Below, piece by piece: positions 18,091 through 29,068 of a stretch of 64,000 nt of DNA. Numbering within the stretch: the first letter of the stretch is position 1; each line of letters begins with the position of its first letter. The stretch lies in IMG/VR virus record IMGVR_UViG_3300032562_000003, positions 1 through 64,000 of that record; one strand, written 5' to 3'. The notes below the pieces were generated by a model, which was not told the origin of the DNA, ran no database searches, and saw only the letters and a list, made by a program, of their open reading frames with translations. A program made the translations under genes and the position numbers.

Positions 18091-21000
18091 CTAATCAAAA
18101 GTTTGGTTGAATTCTACAACATCGAATGTAAAGTAGTATGATCCATTGGCAGCTGTTCCGTTGCCAGTAGCAGTGGCATTGATGAACATGGTGCCGTAGA
18201 TTGGATCATAGGCAGGAACAATCACCACATCATCTTCGGTTGGATCTGTTTTGAGTCGATTGGTTATGCTGTAAGTTATGTCGCCCGAATCATTTCTGGC
18301 GGCAAAAATATCGGCCATCTGCATGTTTTGCGGTGTGCCGGCTCCGTGTTGGATACGCATGGTCATCCGAAATGCCCAGACCTTTGCGTTGTATGCGGTG
18401 TAGACCACCTGTGGAGAGCCAAACTGTGGACTCTGTATGATGGTAGAAATTGTAACTTGATTGGTGTTGCCCGAGTTAGGTGATATGATTCTGCGTGTGC
18501 CGTATAGGCCCAGCTGCTCACCTTCGTAAGGATTGCCTGGATCATACGTGATTTCTGTACCGATCTTGACTGCGGGCAATATTACCTGACCGGATTCGTT
18601 GAACAGCGTGGCTTTTGAGTTGACAGTTAGAGTTATATTTCCCCAGTCACCGTCGCCTTGCCCGGCATTGATTAACACACTGCCGCCCACGGTCGCACAG
18701 CCAGTTGCGGTGCCACCATTTAATACCAAGGCTCCACCAGCCGACGGAAGTCCACCTATGCCGTTGGTTGTGCTGCCGCCACTCAAGACCAATGTGCCAG
18801 CTATACGGTCAGTATTGGCAGTTGCCCCGGTGATATACATTGGATTGCCAAGATTGTTGCCGATTATGTTGCCCGGCACAGTCAAGTTACCATCGTTGTC
18901 AAAGTTCCAAGATTGGGTATTGCCGGTGTTGCCAGAATTGCTTGTGATTACTGTACCAAAAGCATCTATGTTTAGTTGACCCATGTCCTCACGGATGTAA
19001 ACACTTTGTTCTGCGCTGAACACAATGCCAGCACCTTGGGATACATTACCGGGGCCAATCAAGTTGCCCGTGCCTGTTTCAAAGATCCAAGTTCCGTAGC
19101 CATCCGTGCCCACATTGACTACCAAATTACCGTCTGCTGTGGCTATATTGGCATAGCTGTTACCGTTGGCAATGAGATTAGTTGCACCACCACCGCCACC
19201 AATGTTGACCTGTGTGCCGTTGGCATAGTTAACAGCGAATGTATTACCAGGTAGTGTTAGATTACCATCATATCCTAAAGTATATGTGTTAGTTCCACCT
19301 ACTTTAAATGATAGATTAGCATTAAATGGTGTGCTTATAGATGCAGTGTTTCCTAATTCATTAGATGGTAAATATATATTACCGTCTATTCCAAATACAG
19401 TTTGATATCCACCTGCATCTATGGTAATGGGTACAATAGGGGAATAACCTGTAATAGTAGCAGTGCCATCTGTAGGTCCTACAAACGTTGTCCAAGTAGA
19501 TGAATCTACGGGTGTGCTATATGTATTATCCGTAAAGATATTAAATGCGTTAAACCAAGACGCCTCATAATACCAAGTACCTATCGCTTGAGTAGTTGAA
19601 TTAACATTGCCAATTACAACAGTACCTCTTTCTGCATAATTAAAAGTATTACCGCTGAGTGTTACATTACAGTTTGGTCCTATACTAATACCGGTTATGG
19701 AATCATTTATGTCTATCTGCGTAGGTATACCACCAGTAATAACTCCACCGCTCACTGCTAGATTGCCAGGAAGATTGAGATTTCCTGAACTAGTCAATAT
19801 TGCGCTATACGCACCGTTGCTTAAACGATCAACTGATAGTCCGGTACCTCCTAGCAAAGCGTCAAAAATAATAGTTAATCCAGTAGCATTTCCGTCGGCG
19901 TCATTCGGTAATACAGCATTAGTACTGTTTACTACTAGATCGGATTGCGGGTTTAAGAATGGTAAACAACTGAAATAGCTGTATTCCCATAGATCAGCTC
20001 CGCTGTTAAGAACCTGATTGACCGTGTTCCATCCGTCCGCATATCCTGCACCATTCTCACTGTTACCAAAATTCGGAGTAGACATGAATACAACACCTGT
20101 TGTGTTGTGTTCTGCTATATTTGCTGTTATAGTAGCAACGTTGCTGGTTGGGTTTACTTGATTGCTGTATTGTGGACCAGAACTAGTCCATGGATTGTTA
20201 AGATTTACATTTTGATAACTAGAAACTATAGTACTTTGATCATCTACATTTATGTCAAAGCTAATAGTAATGACTCCCGAAACAGGAGTAGCGCTGTTGT
20301 TAATAGCGTACCATATTTCACTCTTTTGCCCACATAATGTAGTTGGGTCAACGTAAGAACTTCTTTGAATCCAGGTTAACCCTAATCCAGTAATACCAGT
20401 AATACTTGCAACTGCATTTCCCCCGGAATTTCCGGTTTCACATGCACTGGCAACAACAATCACTGATTGGGCGCCTGCGGTATATGATACCGTAGTTAAG
20501 TTGCCACTTGACATCTGTCCAGTAGCTGACCCTTCAAGGCTAGGATTAGAAGTACCAAATATATGCCCAGAAAGATTAATGTTGTTTACAGTTAGATTGC
20601 CTGCCTGAATATTGTTGGCGCCGATAATATTTCCGCCGCCCACAAAATTAAGACTGCTTCCGGTACGGGATAACTCAAGTTCGTTGTTTGAATCGCTTAT
20701 TCTACCAAAGATATTTTCTGTCAAGAATCCGCCGGTACCGAATATGATGTCCTTAGTTGTACCCTGAGAACCTGTTGCCAACACTAAATTGCCGCCACCT
20801 ATAGCTGGGGCCTGATCCGGAAGATAGGCCTCAGCAAACAGATAACCATCACCTGAACCAGTTATAGTATAATTGGCGTCACTGAAGAATGAGCTAGTAA
20901 AGCCCACATCGACCCAACCCCCAGCGTCGTTGCCGTGATGCCCGTAAGCGACCCAGTCAGCAGAACCGATATCTGCTACGTTGGTGATAGCTGCCTGTAC

Positions 21001-22614
21001 ATATGCAGAACCATTATCACTTATTACAAGTGTGGCGTTTTGTAATGATGCTGCTAGTTCGCTTGCACCCGATCCAATTGTAACTACATTGCCATTGAAA
21101 TCTGCATTGCCAGGCGCTGTTAAGTTGCCATCGGTGCCGAACGTCCAAAGGTTAGTGTTGATTGTAGGGAAATACGTTCCAGTAGGAGGAACACTACCTA
21201 AAGGAGGATTAGTATTCCACTGAGTTAATGGATTAGTCAATGTTCCGATGTTCACATAAAGTGCTTGACCGAATCCTGGGGTCCAAATTCCCCACTCCGT
21301 ATCAAAAAGTATATAAGGATCAGTAGCTGGATTGTAACCCGCCGGATACCAACTTGGCGTTAGCTGATTGAGGTCTCTTATGTACGTAGTGTTCACCGTT
21401 GCAAAATCAGCACCGCTGATAACTATTGTAGTTGGTGCAACCGAAACAAAATCAGTTGATTGAATACTAACTGACCCGTTTGCATTTACTGATACATTTG
21501 CGTTATTATCTCTTCCAAGAATTAGATTTTCACCGTTACCTGCAATGTGAATATCTGGACCGATAGTTAAGTATATATCCAAAAATGCACCTGCATTGTT
21601 GGGATTAGGCTGTAAATGTAAATTACCAGTGCCAATGATGTTAATATCATTGAATGTAACATTACCTGTGTTACCACCTCCACCGTATGGGACACCATTT
21701 GCATAATTGATTGCCACTTCACCATTACCTGGAAGAGTCAAGTTACCTGCATGATCAAATACCCAACCTGCAGAACCAAAGCCCATACCCAACTGTGTCG
21801 AGATAGTTACACTATTTGAACTGTCTATTAATAAAGTATTGATAAATGGCGAGGGCAATAAGTTAGCAGTATTACCTAACCAACCCAAGAAAGCTTCTCC
21901 GGAATAACCCGGCAATGATATACCACCGATGTTCGCATCATCACTCTGTGGAGCAATTAACAGACTGACATTAGGACCCTCATCACCAAATTGCCATGCT
22001 AAACCGGAATTACCGGGATCAGGATTTATTGTAATAAATCCTCTAGTACCATTGATATTAGCATCAAGGTTTAGGTTACCAGTAACAGTTGCATCAACTG
22101 TTGCTAAAGGACCATAGATAGTAGCTTGCTCGGCAGCAAAATTTACAGTGTTTAATTGTGTGTTGGGAGAATCCCAGGTCAATGACGGGCTTCCACCAAA
22201 TAGACCAGAATCATTAAACTGAATCTGAGAGTTTGCTCCGCCCGGATTGCCGTTTCCTGAACCACTTTGAGCAGTCCACGATAGATTACCATTACCATTA
22301 GTCTGTAGAACATATCCATTGTTCCCGCCCGGAATCCTAACAGTACTGACATCAACGACTGACAAGTTAGCTAGTGTACCAACACTGGTTATGTTTGGTT
22401 GCGCGGCGTTAGTTACTGATTGTGCTAAAATTGCTTGGCCTGCCGGCGGAAAATATGATCCACCAGCACCACTAAGAATTAGATTCCCCACAATTTGAAG
22501 ATTAGCATTTTTAGTAGTCGGGGTACCTGACATATCAACCACAGGGAATAGAGAGGTGTAACTGAGATTAGACCCTATGTTGTTAAGACTAGTAATTTTT
22601 ATGCTGGAAATCAT
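18091..22614 (-). CDS. Large modular tail fibre-like protein
   Basis: 1507 aa, G/N/T-rich; AAQPNITSVGTL, YVLQTNGNGNLSW, recurring F..DGNL.LPGN joints. Confidence 0.75.
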   Translation of the reverse strand: MISSIKITSLNNIGSNLSYTSLFPVVDMSGTPTTKNANLQIVGNLILSGAGGSYFPPAGQAILAQSVTNAAQPNITSVGTLANLSVVDVSTVRIPGGNNGYVLQTNGNGNLSWTAQSGSGNGNPGGANSQIQFNDSGLFGGSPSLTWDSPNTQLNTVNFAAEQATIYGPLATVDATVTGNLNLDANINGTRGFITINPDPGNSGLAWQFGDEGPNVSLLIAPQSDDANIGGISLPGYSGEAFLGWLGNTANLLPSPFINTLLIDSSNSVTISTQLGMGFGSAGWVFDHAGNLTLPGNGEVAINYANGVPYGGGGNTGNVTFNDINIIGTGNLHLQPNPNNAGAFLDIYLTIGPDIHIAGNGENLILGRDNNANVSVNANGSVSIQSTDFVSVAPTTIVISGADFATVNTTYIRDLNQLTPSWYPAGYNPATDPYILFDTEWGIWTPGFGQALYVNIGTLTNPLTQWNTNPPLGSVPPTGTYFPTINTNLWTFGTDGNLTAPGNADFNGNVVTIGSGASELAASLQNATLVISDNGSAYVQAAITNVADIGSADWVAYGHHGNDAGGWVDVGFTSSFFSDANYTITGSGDGYLFAEAYLPDQAPAIGGGNLVLATGSQGTTKDIIFGTGGFLTENIFGRISDSNNELELSRTGSSLNFVGGGNIIGANNIQAGNLTVNNINLSGHIFGTSNPSLEGSATGQMSSGNLTTVSYTAGAQSVIVVASACETGNSGGNAVASITGITGLGLTWIQRSSYVDPTTLCGQKSEIWYAINNSATPVSGVITISFDINVDDQSTIVSSYQNVNLNNPWTSSGPQYSNQVNPTSNVATITANIAEHNTTGVVFMSTPNFGNSENGAGYADGWNTVNQVLNSGADLWEYSYFSCLPFLNPQSDLVVNSTNAVLPNDADGNATGLTIIFDALLGGTGLSVDRLSNGAYSAILTSSGNLNLPGNLAVSGGVITGGIPTQIDINDSITGISIGPNCNVTLSGNTFNYAERGTVVIGNVNSTTQAIGTWYYEASWFNAFNIFTDNTYSTPVDSSTWTTFVGPTDGTATITGYSPIVPITIDAGGYQTVFGIDGNIYLPSNELGNTASISTPFNANLSFKVGGTNTYTLGYDGNLTLPGNTFAVNYANGTQVNIGGGGGATNLIANGNSYANIATADGNLVVNVGTDGYGTWIFETGTGNLIGPGNVSQGAGIVFSAEQSVYIREDMGQLNIDAFGTVITSNSGNTGNTQSWNFDNDGNLTVPGNIIGNNLGNPMYITGATANTDRIAGTLVLSGGSTTNGIGGLPSAGGALVLNGGTATGCATVGGSVLINAGQGDGDWGNITLTVNSKATLFNESGQVILPAVKIGTEITYDPGNPYEGEQLGLYGTRRIISPNSGNTNQVTISTIIQSPQFGSPQVVYTAYNAKVWAFRMTMRIQHGAGTPQNMQMADIFAARNDSGDITYSITNRLKTDPTEDDVVIVPAYDPIYGTMFINATATGNGTAANGSYYFTFDVVEFNQTFD

Positions 22615-22629
22615 ATTTGTTTGTTCCTA

Positions 22630-23697
22630 TTATCCGAATGTAACGCTATTTTGGCCAACACAGAACCATTTACTATTTACGTACTGCAGGGTACATCCTG
22701 CACCTACAGCAGCAAATGTTATGGTTCCGGATCCGCTAGCTTTCCAACCAGCAGTAGCGACTGTGATGACCATATCTCCGCCGTGTGTTACCATCATAAA
22801 TGTCTTAATCTGTCCGGCTGTTCCAGCAGCTAATGTAGCAGTGCTTCCTCCGGTCGTGCTAAAGTAACTTGCCGTGACGGCTAGATTTGCAGCAGAACCA
22901 TTAGTTAAATTCTCGCTACTGAATCCAATTGGAGACTCAACGTTAATCGTACCGGCTGATACTATTGGACTACTAGTTACATTCAAGCTGTTGCTAGATA
23001 GTCCAACTGAAGTAACGGTTCCACCTGATGCAGTAGCAGAAATAGTGATATTTCCATTACTACCAGATGCAGTAATTCCGGATCCTGCTGTGATTCTAGT
23101 TACGCCGATGTTAGTAACTGTGATACTACCGTTAGTAGTAATTGGTCCACCGTTAATCTGAATGCCCGCGCCGGGTGTTAGCCCTACGCTAGTTACAGTT
23201 CCAGCTGATGCCCCGTTAGATGCAGATGTTACTCTACCGTAGGCATCAATAGTTAGTATTGGATTAGAGTATGTTCCTGCATTCGCGCCGGTCGTTGCTA
23301 AATCTATAGTGATATTCCCACTAGATACTATAGGAGTATTGGTAACTACTAATCTAGAAGTAGAAATAGGTGTTATACCTATTGAGGTTACAGTACCTAT
23401 TCCGCCTCCTCCGCCAACGAGCGAGATAGTAATATCACCGGTCGTTCCAGTTAACTGAACGCCAGAACCCGCAGAAAGAGAAGTAACACCAGTGTTTGTA
23501 AAAGTGACGATACCATTAGAAGAATCAGTAGTTATGTTTATAGCACCACCGGACGTAAATGTATTATACGGGCTCGCACAAGCAAAAAGTGTGGTGAAGT
23601 TGTTGCTAGCTTTAGTAAAAGCTGTATATAGTGAATCGCTACCTACCGACTCGTTAGGTAGACCAATATTTATTGATTCTTTTCCAGATATACTCAT
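22630..23697 (-). CDS. Virion structural protein with T4 gp9/gp10-like N-terminus and GTVTSV repeats
   Basis: INIG.PN...SDSL..AF.K..NNF..L; repeated GTVTSVG; late promoter. Confidence 0.65.
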   Translation of the reverse strand: MSISGKESINIGLPNESVGSDSLYTAFTKASNNFTTLFACASPYNTFTSGGAINITTDSSNGIVTFTNTGVTSLSAGSGVQLTGTTGDITISLVGGGGGIGTVTSIGITPISTSRLVVTNTPIVSSGNITIDLATTGANAGTYSNPILTIDAYGRVTSASNGASAGTVTSVGLTPGAGIQINGGPITTNGSITVTNIGVTRITAGSGITASGSNGNITISATASGGTVTSVGLSSNSLNVTSSPIVSAGTINVESPIGFSSENLTNGSAANLAVTASYFSTTGGSTATLAAGTAGQIKTFMMVTHGGDMVITVATAGWKASGSGTITFAAVGAGCTLQYVNSKWFCVGQNSVTFG

Positions 23698-23750
23698 TTT
23701 CAATCCTTATGATGTATTTATCAATAAGGATCGAAAGAATTGTCCGTATC

Positions 23751-24458
23751 TCAGTAAAATTCATTCTTTACGTGCGGAGTAAATCCTAAATCTATGACGA
23801 CTGGGCTACCTTTGTAGATTCCCCAGTTACTAGCACGGGAAAAATCACCCAAAAGAATGTTACTGCTGCTAGCCAAGGTCGCAAGTTCGTCTACATAGTG
23901 CATAGTAGTCTCTATGTCTTCTTCAGTGGCGCCCCTTTTAGTCATCCAACTTTTTGCCTCTATTGGATTTAATGACCTATACCGGTCCTGTCCTGATTTA
24001 TTTTCCGCAACTGCTATTAAGTTACGAAGGCCTAAAGTAGAGCACCTCATTAACTTGCATAGTTTTGCTTCAGACGCTTTTTCTGCCAACTCAGTTTGAA
24101 TCCAGACCGGCTTATGATTCTGCTTGTCATAGTCGATAAGAGGAATAACAATGTCTAGTTGTCCAATGTATCCATCTTCTAGAATATCTACCTCAGCTTC
24201 ATTCTGTGCCATGCCTTTAGCGTTCTTTGCAATCTTTAGAACAGTAGGTCTACCTTGATATTCAATAGTCATCGCTACACGAGCAGAACCAGTGCCTAAT
24301 CGTTTGGCACGCTCTAGTGCATACGCCAATCTACTTTTGAAGGATTTAGCTTTTGGTTTTTCTGGAGTAGGTCTGGTACTAAATTCGTTTGGGTCCCAAT
24401 CAGAAGGAAGCGGTACCTCCATAAGATTTTTTTCAAAGATGAACTCATTTGCTCTCAT
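23751..24458 (-). CDS. Protein-kinase-like fold protein, putative internal head protein
   Basis: LGTGSARVA, VLKIAK, QNEAE, D....NWG, VVIDLG; N-terminus MRANEFIFE. Confidence 0.65.
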   Translation of the reverse strand: MRANEFIFEKNLMEVPLPSDWDPNEFSTRPTPEKPKAKSFKSRLAYALERAKRLGTGSARVAMTIEYQGRPTVLKIAKNAKGMAQNEAEVDILEDGYIGQLDIVIPLIDYDKQNHKPVWIQTELAEKASEAKLCKLMRCSTLGLRNLIAVAENKSGQDRYRSLNPIEAKSWMTKRGATEEDIETTMHYVDELATLASSSNILLGDFSRASNWGIYKGSPVVIDLGFTPHVKNEFY

Positions 24459-25009
24459 AGTGACTTACCCCACCTGGTGTTAATCACATTCCAGTTGATG
24501 ATCTTCCAAAGTTCGGTAAGATACTTTTTCTTATCTGAGCCATAGTCAAGCACAAATGAATGTTCCCACCAATCTACTAACAGTAGAATGTCATCGCGCA
24601 CTTCATGGTTCTTGATTGTTTTGATTTTGCCGTCGTAGGCTAGGTAGATCCAACCGGATCCATGAATCTTCATGGCTTCTTCTAAAAAGTCAGCCTGAAA
24701 CTTGCGATAATCACCGAAATGCTTATTGATAAAAGTAAGCATAGGCCCGTTCGGTTTGTTACCGACTCGCACTGCTCTGAATTGAGTAAACCATAAGTTA
24801 TGTAGGAAAACGCCCGCATAATTAAAATCGGGGTCACCTTCTTTGTCATTGAATCTTGTTGCGTAGCCTTTTGCCAACTTCTCATAATGCAGATTAAGGG
24901 TCTCTCCGCTCATGACGGGAGACACTTCTTTGACATCGAAGTTTAGTGCAATAATTTCTACGTCTTGAGGTTTTGATTTGTCCTCGAGGATGGTAATATA
25001 CTCACGCAT
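24455..25009 (-). CDS. sod: Fe/Mn superoxide dismutase (compact)
   Basis: LHY, FLHN, GSGW, DWWEH metal ligands. Confidence 0.85.
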   Translation of the reverse strand: MREYITILEDKSKPQDVEIIALNFDVKEVSPVMSGETLNLHYEKLAKGYATRFNDKEGDPDFNYAGVFLHNLWFTQFRAVRVGNKPNGPMLTFINKHFGDYRKFQADFLEEAMKIHGSGWIYLAYDGKIKTIKNHEVRDDILLLVDWWEHSFVLDYGSDKKKYLTELWKIINWNVINTRWGKSL

Positions 25010-25023
25010 GAGTATATTTATCG

Positions 25024-25239
25024 TTACTTGCGCCGAACTATTCTTCCTCGTGTAAGATCATACGGAGTTAGCTCCACGTCGACCTTATCACCCATAAGTA
25101 TGCGAATTTGATGCTGTCGCATCTTACCTGCTAGATGACTAAACACAATTACACCGTTATCAAGCTTTACTTTAAACGTTGCATTTGGTAGTACGTCTAT
25201 AATTTCTCCTTCCACCTTAATTGAATCCTGATTTGCCAT
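25024..25239 (-). CDS. infA: Translation initiation factor IF-1
   Basis: EG...[12 protein letters not shown]....H.AGKMR...[22 protein letters not shown]. Confidence 0.95.
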   Translation of the reverse strand: MANQDSIKVEGEIIDVLPNATFKVKLDNGVIVFSHLAGKMRQHQIRILMGDKVDVELTPYDLTRGRIVRRK

Positions 25240-25242
25240 AAT

Positions 25243-25740
25243 TTATTTCTTTAGTATAGACCATATCGACTCCTTTTCGATAATCTCTTTTTCTAGCTCA
25301 CGATACCTATCACCGAGAGCCTTAAGTTCTTCCCACTTTTCTTCTAGTTGTGGATTTGGGTGAAGAATAGCTAAACGAGCTTCAATATCTTCTAGTGTTT
25401 TAATAAGGTATTTTCCTTTAATTGAAACCTTACCCTGAAAGTCTGCGTCGACCGAAACAGACAAAGTTGAACTTGGTGTAGAAACCGTATACGGACTTGA
25501 TGTCGCAGTAATAGTAGAAGAATATATGCTAGGTGACCAATTAATTCCGTAAGTGGTTCCGTTGGTTACAGAATATCCGCCGGTAGTAATAGTAGAATTA
25601 CTGAAAGTTGTAGCCATTCCTATAGGATTGTTGTTCATATTATTTAACCCATACGTCTGTGTAGGGCTGGTCACTTTAATACTGTTCAATATACTATCTA
25701 ACCTAGAAGTAAAAATACCGTCATCGGTTTCTTCGCTCAT
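25243..25740 (-). CDS. Hypothetical protein (S/T-rich + coiled coil)
   Basis: ORF in operon. Confidence 0.7.
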   Translation of the reverse strand: MSEETDDGIFTSRLDSILNSIKVTSPTQTYGLNNMNNNPIGMATTFSNSTITTGGYSVTNGTTYGINWSPSIYSSTITATSSPYTVSTPSSTLSVSVDADFQGKVSIKGKYLIKTLEDIEARLAILHPNPQLEEKWEELKALGDRYRELEKEIIEKESIWSILKK

Positions 25741-25925
25741 TTGCTTGCCTTTTTAAGAAATATTTGGCCAGAATCATCGATGCCGATTTCCACGTCATCG
25801 CCCTCTTTCCAACCTAATTGTTTTAATAATGGAATAGGTAGCGGAATGATGAGGTCGCCCGTCTCAGCGTCCTCTTGTGTGATTACCTCATACCTTACGC
25901 CGTTTGAATTTTTTGAAGTAGTCAT
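25737..25925 (-). CDS. AbrB/MazE-like DNA-binding protein
   Basis: GDLIIPLP..LLKQLGWKEGDDVEI. Confidence 0.75.
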   Translation of the reverse strand: MTTSKNSNGVRYEVITQEDAETGDLIIPLPIPLLKQLGWKEGDDVEIGIDDSGQIFLKKASK

Positions 25926-25974
25926 TCGCATCCCAAGGGTTGCGAGAATATATTATTGGGTGTCATTATGATAT

Positions 25975-26142
25975 TTATTCCGAACATGAGCAACTGTCAC
26001 AGTTACCGCATCGCTTAGAGTCACATGAAGAACAGTACCAGCCCTTTTCAGTGTGAACTACAGTATTTTGTCCGCATTTACCGCATCGTTTTCCGACAGG
26101 TTTTTTGGGTTGTTCTATCTTAAATACAGGTTCAGTGGTCAC
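25975..26142 (-). CDS. Small Cys-rich zinc-ribbon protein (55 aa, not in ORF track)
   Basis: GTG start overlapping upstream TGA; CGKCG...WYCSSC...CGNCDSCSC. Confidence 0.55.
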   Translation of the reverse strand: MTTEPVFKIEQPKKPVGKRCGKCGQNTVVHTEKGWYCSSCDSKRCGNCDSCSCSE

Positions 26143-26693
26143 TTACTAGTTTCCTTAAAAGCAGAGCAAAGACCACTCACAACCTTATCCAACCTATCTT
26201 CGTCAGCCTGATACTTGATTCCGATTCCGCCGGCAGCAATCCACTTTCGAATATTTACGCCATAGTCATCGATGAGTATGTTTGGAGTACCGTCCTTCTG
26301 AACAGCGTATTTGGCCTTATCATGATCAAATATAACATGTTTTGGTTTCACCGTTATATTCTTATTCAACCATTCGCGCTTTCCCTTGATACTACCGTCC
26401 CGATCAAAGTTCAGTGGGCTACTAAGAATGTCGTAGTCACCGGCAAACTTCTTTACTATTTCCAGCAGTTCGTTTGAAGTGGGGAAAACACCGATGCTTT
26501 TAAACAGATGAAATGCGTTGGAATCTCTGAAAAATGTTTCCCATTGATCAGGAGTCATTTCATTGTAATGTTCTACGTCGTGAAGATCACCTGCGTAACC
26601 GAATAGATCAGCTAGTACGCCATCCATATCCACAAATACGGTTGGTTTACCCTTGTCTAATTGCTTACTTTCTATTAGTTCTATGATCTTCAT
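26139..26693 (-). CDS. HAD-family 5'(3')-deoxyribonucleotidase
   Basis: FVDMDGVLAD, ILSSP, GKREW, LIDD. Confidence 0.85.
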   Translation of the reverse strand: MKIIELIESKQLDKGKPTVFVDMDGVLADLFGYAGDLHDVEHYNEMTPDQWETFFRDSNAFHLFKSIGVFPTSNELLEIVKKFAGDYDILSSPLNFDRDGSIKGKREWLNKNITVKPKHVIFDHDKAKYAVQKDGTPNILIDDYGVNIRKWIAAGGIGIKYQADEDRLDKVVSGLCSAFKETSK

Positions 26694-26791
26694 AGATTAT
26701 ATTTATTCAAACTTACTAAATATTACGTATTATTACATGAAGAATCTTTGATGTCAAGGATCTTCATAGCCAAAAACAATAAGGAAAACAA

Positions 26792-27379
26792 ATGGCTCTA
26801 ATAGACACAGTAATGAACATATTTATGAAAACAACAAAGGACCCAAATGCTCCTAAGCCACCTCCCGGTTCTCGTTCAGAACGTGAGGCAAAAATTAAGG
26901 ACAAAGCAGGCATGGTAATCAACGTGTTTGCATTACTGCTTGCAGTAAATGCCTGGTACGGAGGAAAGTTGAGTAGCACAGTAATGAATAACACTATCGC
27001 TGCGAATGACGTTTGGAATTTTTATGAGGCTAAGTCCATTAAGCAAACACAGTATGAATTAGCTGCGCTACAGACACCTAATAAAATTCTTGCTAAGCAA
27101 TGGCAGGATAAGGCTGCTAGTTACGAAAGCGATCCTAAATCCGGCGAGGGTAAGAAGGAACTTATGGCTAAGGCAAACAAGCTAGAAGCAGAAAGAAATG
27201 AAGCTAAAAAACGCAGTCCATGGATTGGTTTTGCGGGTACTGCATTCCAACTAAGCATTGTTATTCTTTCAGCGAGCATCCTTGCGGTTAGTATGGATTT
27301 GTTTTGGGGTAGTTTTATTGTAGCAGGGATTGGTGTAGTGTTGATGACACAAGGTCTATGGCTTTGGATGCCATTCTAA
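26792..27379 (+). CDS. DUF4337-like membrane protein
   Basis: TM-coiled coil-2TM; W.FY.AKSIKQ. Confidence 0.65.
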   Translation: MALIDTVMNIFMKTTKDPNAPKPPPGSRSEREAKIKDKAGMVINVFALLLAVNAWYGGKLSSTVMNNTIAANDVWNFYEAKSIKQTQYELAALQTPNKILAKQWQDKAASYESDPKSGEGKKELMAKANKLEAERNEAKKRSPWIGFAGTAFQLSIVILSASILAVSMDLFWGSFIVAGIGVVLMTQGLWLWMPF

Positions 27380-27385
27380 CACGAA

Positions 27386-27862
27386 TCAGTGCCTAGTACG
27401 ATTACGACTTTTTCTAATAGGTACGTAATCTTTGTTTGGAATAGGTGATCTGTCGGGGATGATGTGATGAAAATCAATTGCATCGTCCCCGAATTTTATC
27501 ATAGCATATGCTATAATCTTATCCGCATCGTCATTATCACTGAATCCTATGATAAGATGCCCTAAAAAATGAACCTTTGTTTTGATATGCTTTTTGAGAG
27601 TTACATCTGTAAGGATATCAGTAAAATCGTTTGACTCTCTATGAAACAGTATCTTCTTCATTTACTTTTTCCAAACTAAAAATGCTACGTAGTCTCGTTC
27701 GGACTCAAATAGGAATTCAAATTCTTCATACATATTATTGCGAGCATGGTCGAATCCCCATTCTGCTTCACAGTTACGTTTACACCATTCTACAACGTGT
27801 TTTAATTCTCCATATGGAATAGTAACGTTGGCGCTATGAGCAGTCGGTACATTGATAGACAT
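27386..27862 (-). CDS. Two hypothetical proteins (27386..27661, 27662..27862)
   Basis: Coupled ORFs; the latter ends FLFESERDYVAFLVWKK. Confidence 0.65.
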
Positions 27863-28265
27863 TAATACCTCCTTGGGTCAAAAATTTTAAGCCACTGTCA
27901 TCTCTGTATTTTTCTTTATAATAAACAGTGGAAATTTTGGCTTGATATATGAGCTTCGCACAGTCGATACAAGGTGCGTGTGTACAAAAAAAAGTAGCAC
28001 CTTCACTAGATTCCGTACTACACGCTACCTTGCTAATTGAATTTGCTTCGGCGTGCAGTACTTCTGGACGAGTTTTGAGGGTACCGTCCTCTAGTGTAAT
28101 CTCGCAGTTATTGTCCCAACCGGCCGGCATACCATTATAACCAGTAGCAATAATTTGGGAGTCACCTTTAACTATTACGGCTCCTACTTTCAATCGTTTA
28201 GCATAACTGAGTGTAGCAGTTAGTTCAGCAAACTCCATAAAATACTTTATAAATTTAGGTTTCAT
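27834..28265 (-). CDS. dCMP deaminase
   Basis: VGAVIV..GYNG, HAEAN, PCIDC. Confidence 0.92.
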   Translation of the reverse strand: MKPKFIKYFMEFAELTATLSYAKRLKVGAVIVKGDSQIIATGYNGMPAGWDNNCEITLEDGTLKTRPEVLHAEANSISKVACSTESSEGATFFCTHAPCIDCAKLIYQAKISTVYYKEKYRDDSGLKFLTQGGINVYQCTDCS

Positions 28266-29030
28266 GTCTTGCATCGTTCATTGTGGTGTTTATAAAAATT
28301 AGGACTCTCGTTCGCTGTCATACCACATATATTGCATGTGACCTGTTTAATCGAAACCGGCTTTTTATTTGGATTTGTCTTGCAGTTATCCATATGCCAC
28401 CTTTTCATATTTTTATAGTCTCCGGTCTTACCGCAGTGGGAACAAGTGAGTACAGTGGTATCCTGCGGCCGCAATCGCATAGCCTCTTTATGTAATTCTG
28501 ATTTTTTCTTACCTTTAAGTGATTCACTGATTTTTAATGCCGCCACTGCGATCCTAGCATCAGTGTGTTTTGTTTTTCCGATATGCCAACTTTGATTATT
28601 AGGATTGTTTAACCTGGATTCTGTCCTACACCTAATATGTTTTTCTGATTGTTTTCTACCTCTCATTTTCTTTTTTTGCGAATCAATGCTGTGTTTTGAC
28701 TTGTGGTGCCCTAACGTCCCGTCGCCGCCTAATGTCATATTATAACCATTAGAGTTTTCCGAATAGAAATAGGAGTTGTATTCTACAATAAACCAGTTTT
28801 CCATAACTTTCAGTGTATAGTCTCCGTCTTCCGATTCATATATGACCTCCCATATAAAGTTTTCCCAACCATATTTTCGTATAGCATTATAGAACACAGT
28901 TGATCTTTCTGCGCCGCGATTAGCATTGTGTTTGTGTTGGGCCTTCCTGCGCGGCCACCTCGAATCGAAGCCTATATAAACCTTTTGATTCACTGTGTTA
29001 GTTGCTTTGTATATAACATAACTTCTTCAT
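28262..29030 (-). pseudogene. GIY-YIG homing endonuclease with NUMOD3-like repeats; start ATG one base out of frame
   Basis: YVIYKATN...VYIG..R...H; GYNMTLGGDG; ATG at 29030 (after late promoter) is +1 relative to the ORF. Confidence 0.7.
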
Positions 29031-29068
29031 AAACCTATTTATCGAAGGTTATGGGACTAAAAATTAAC

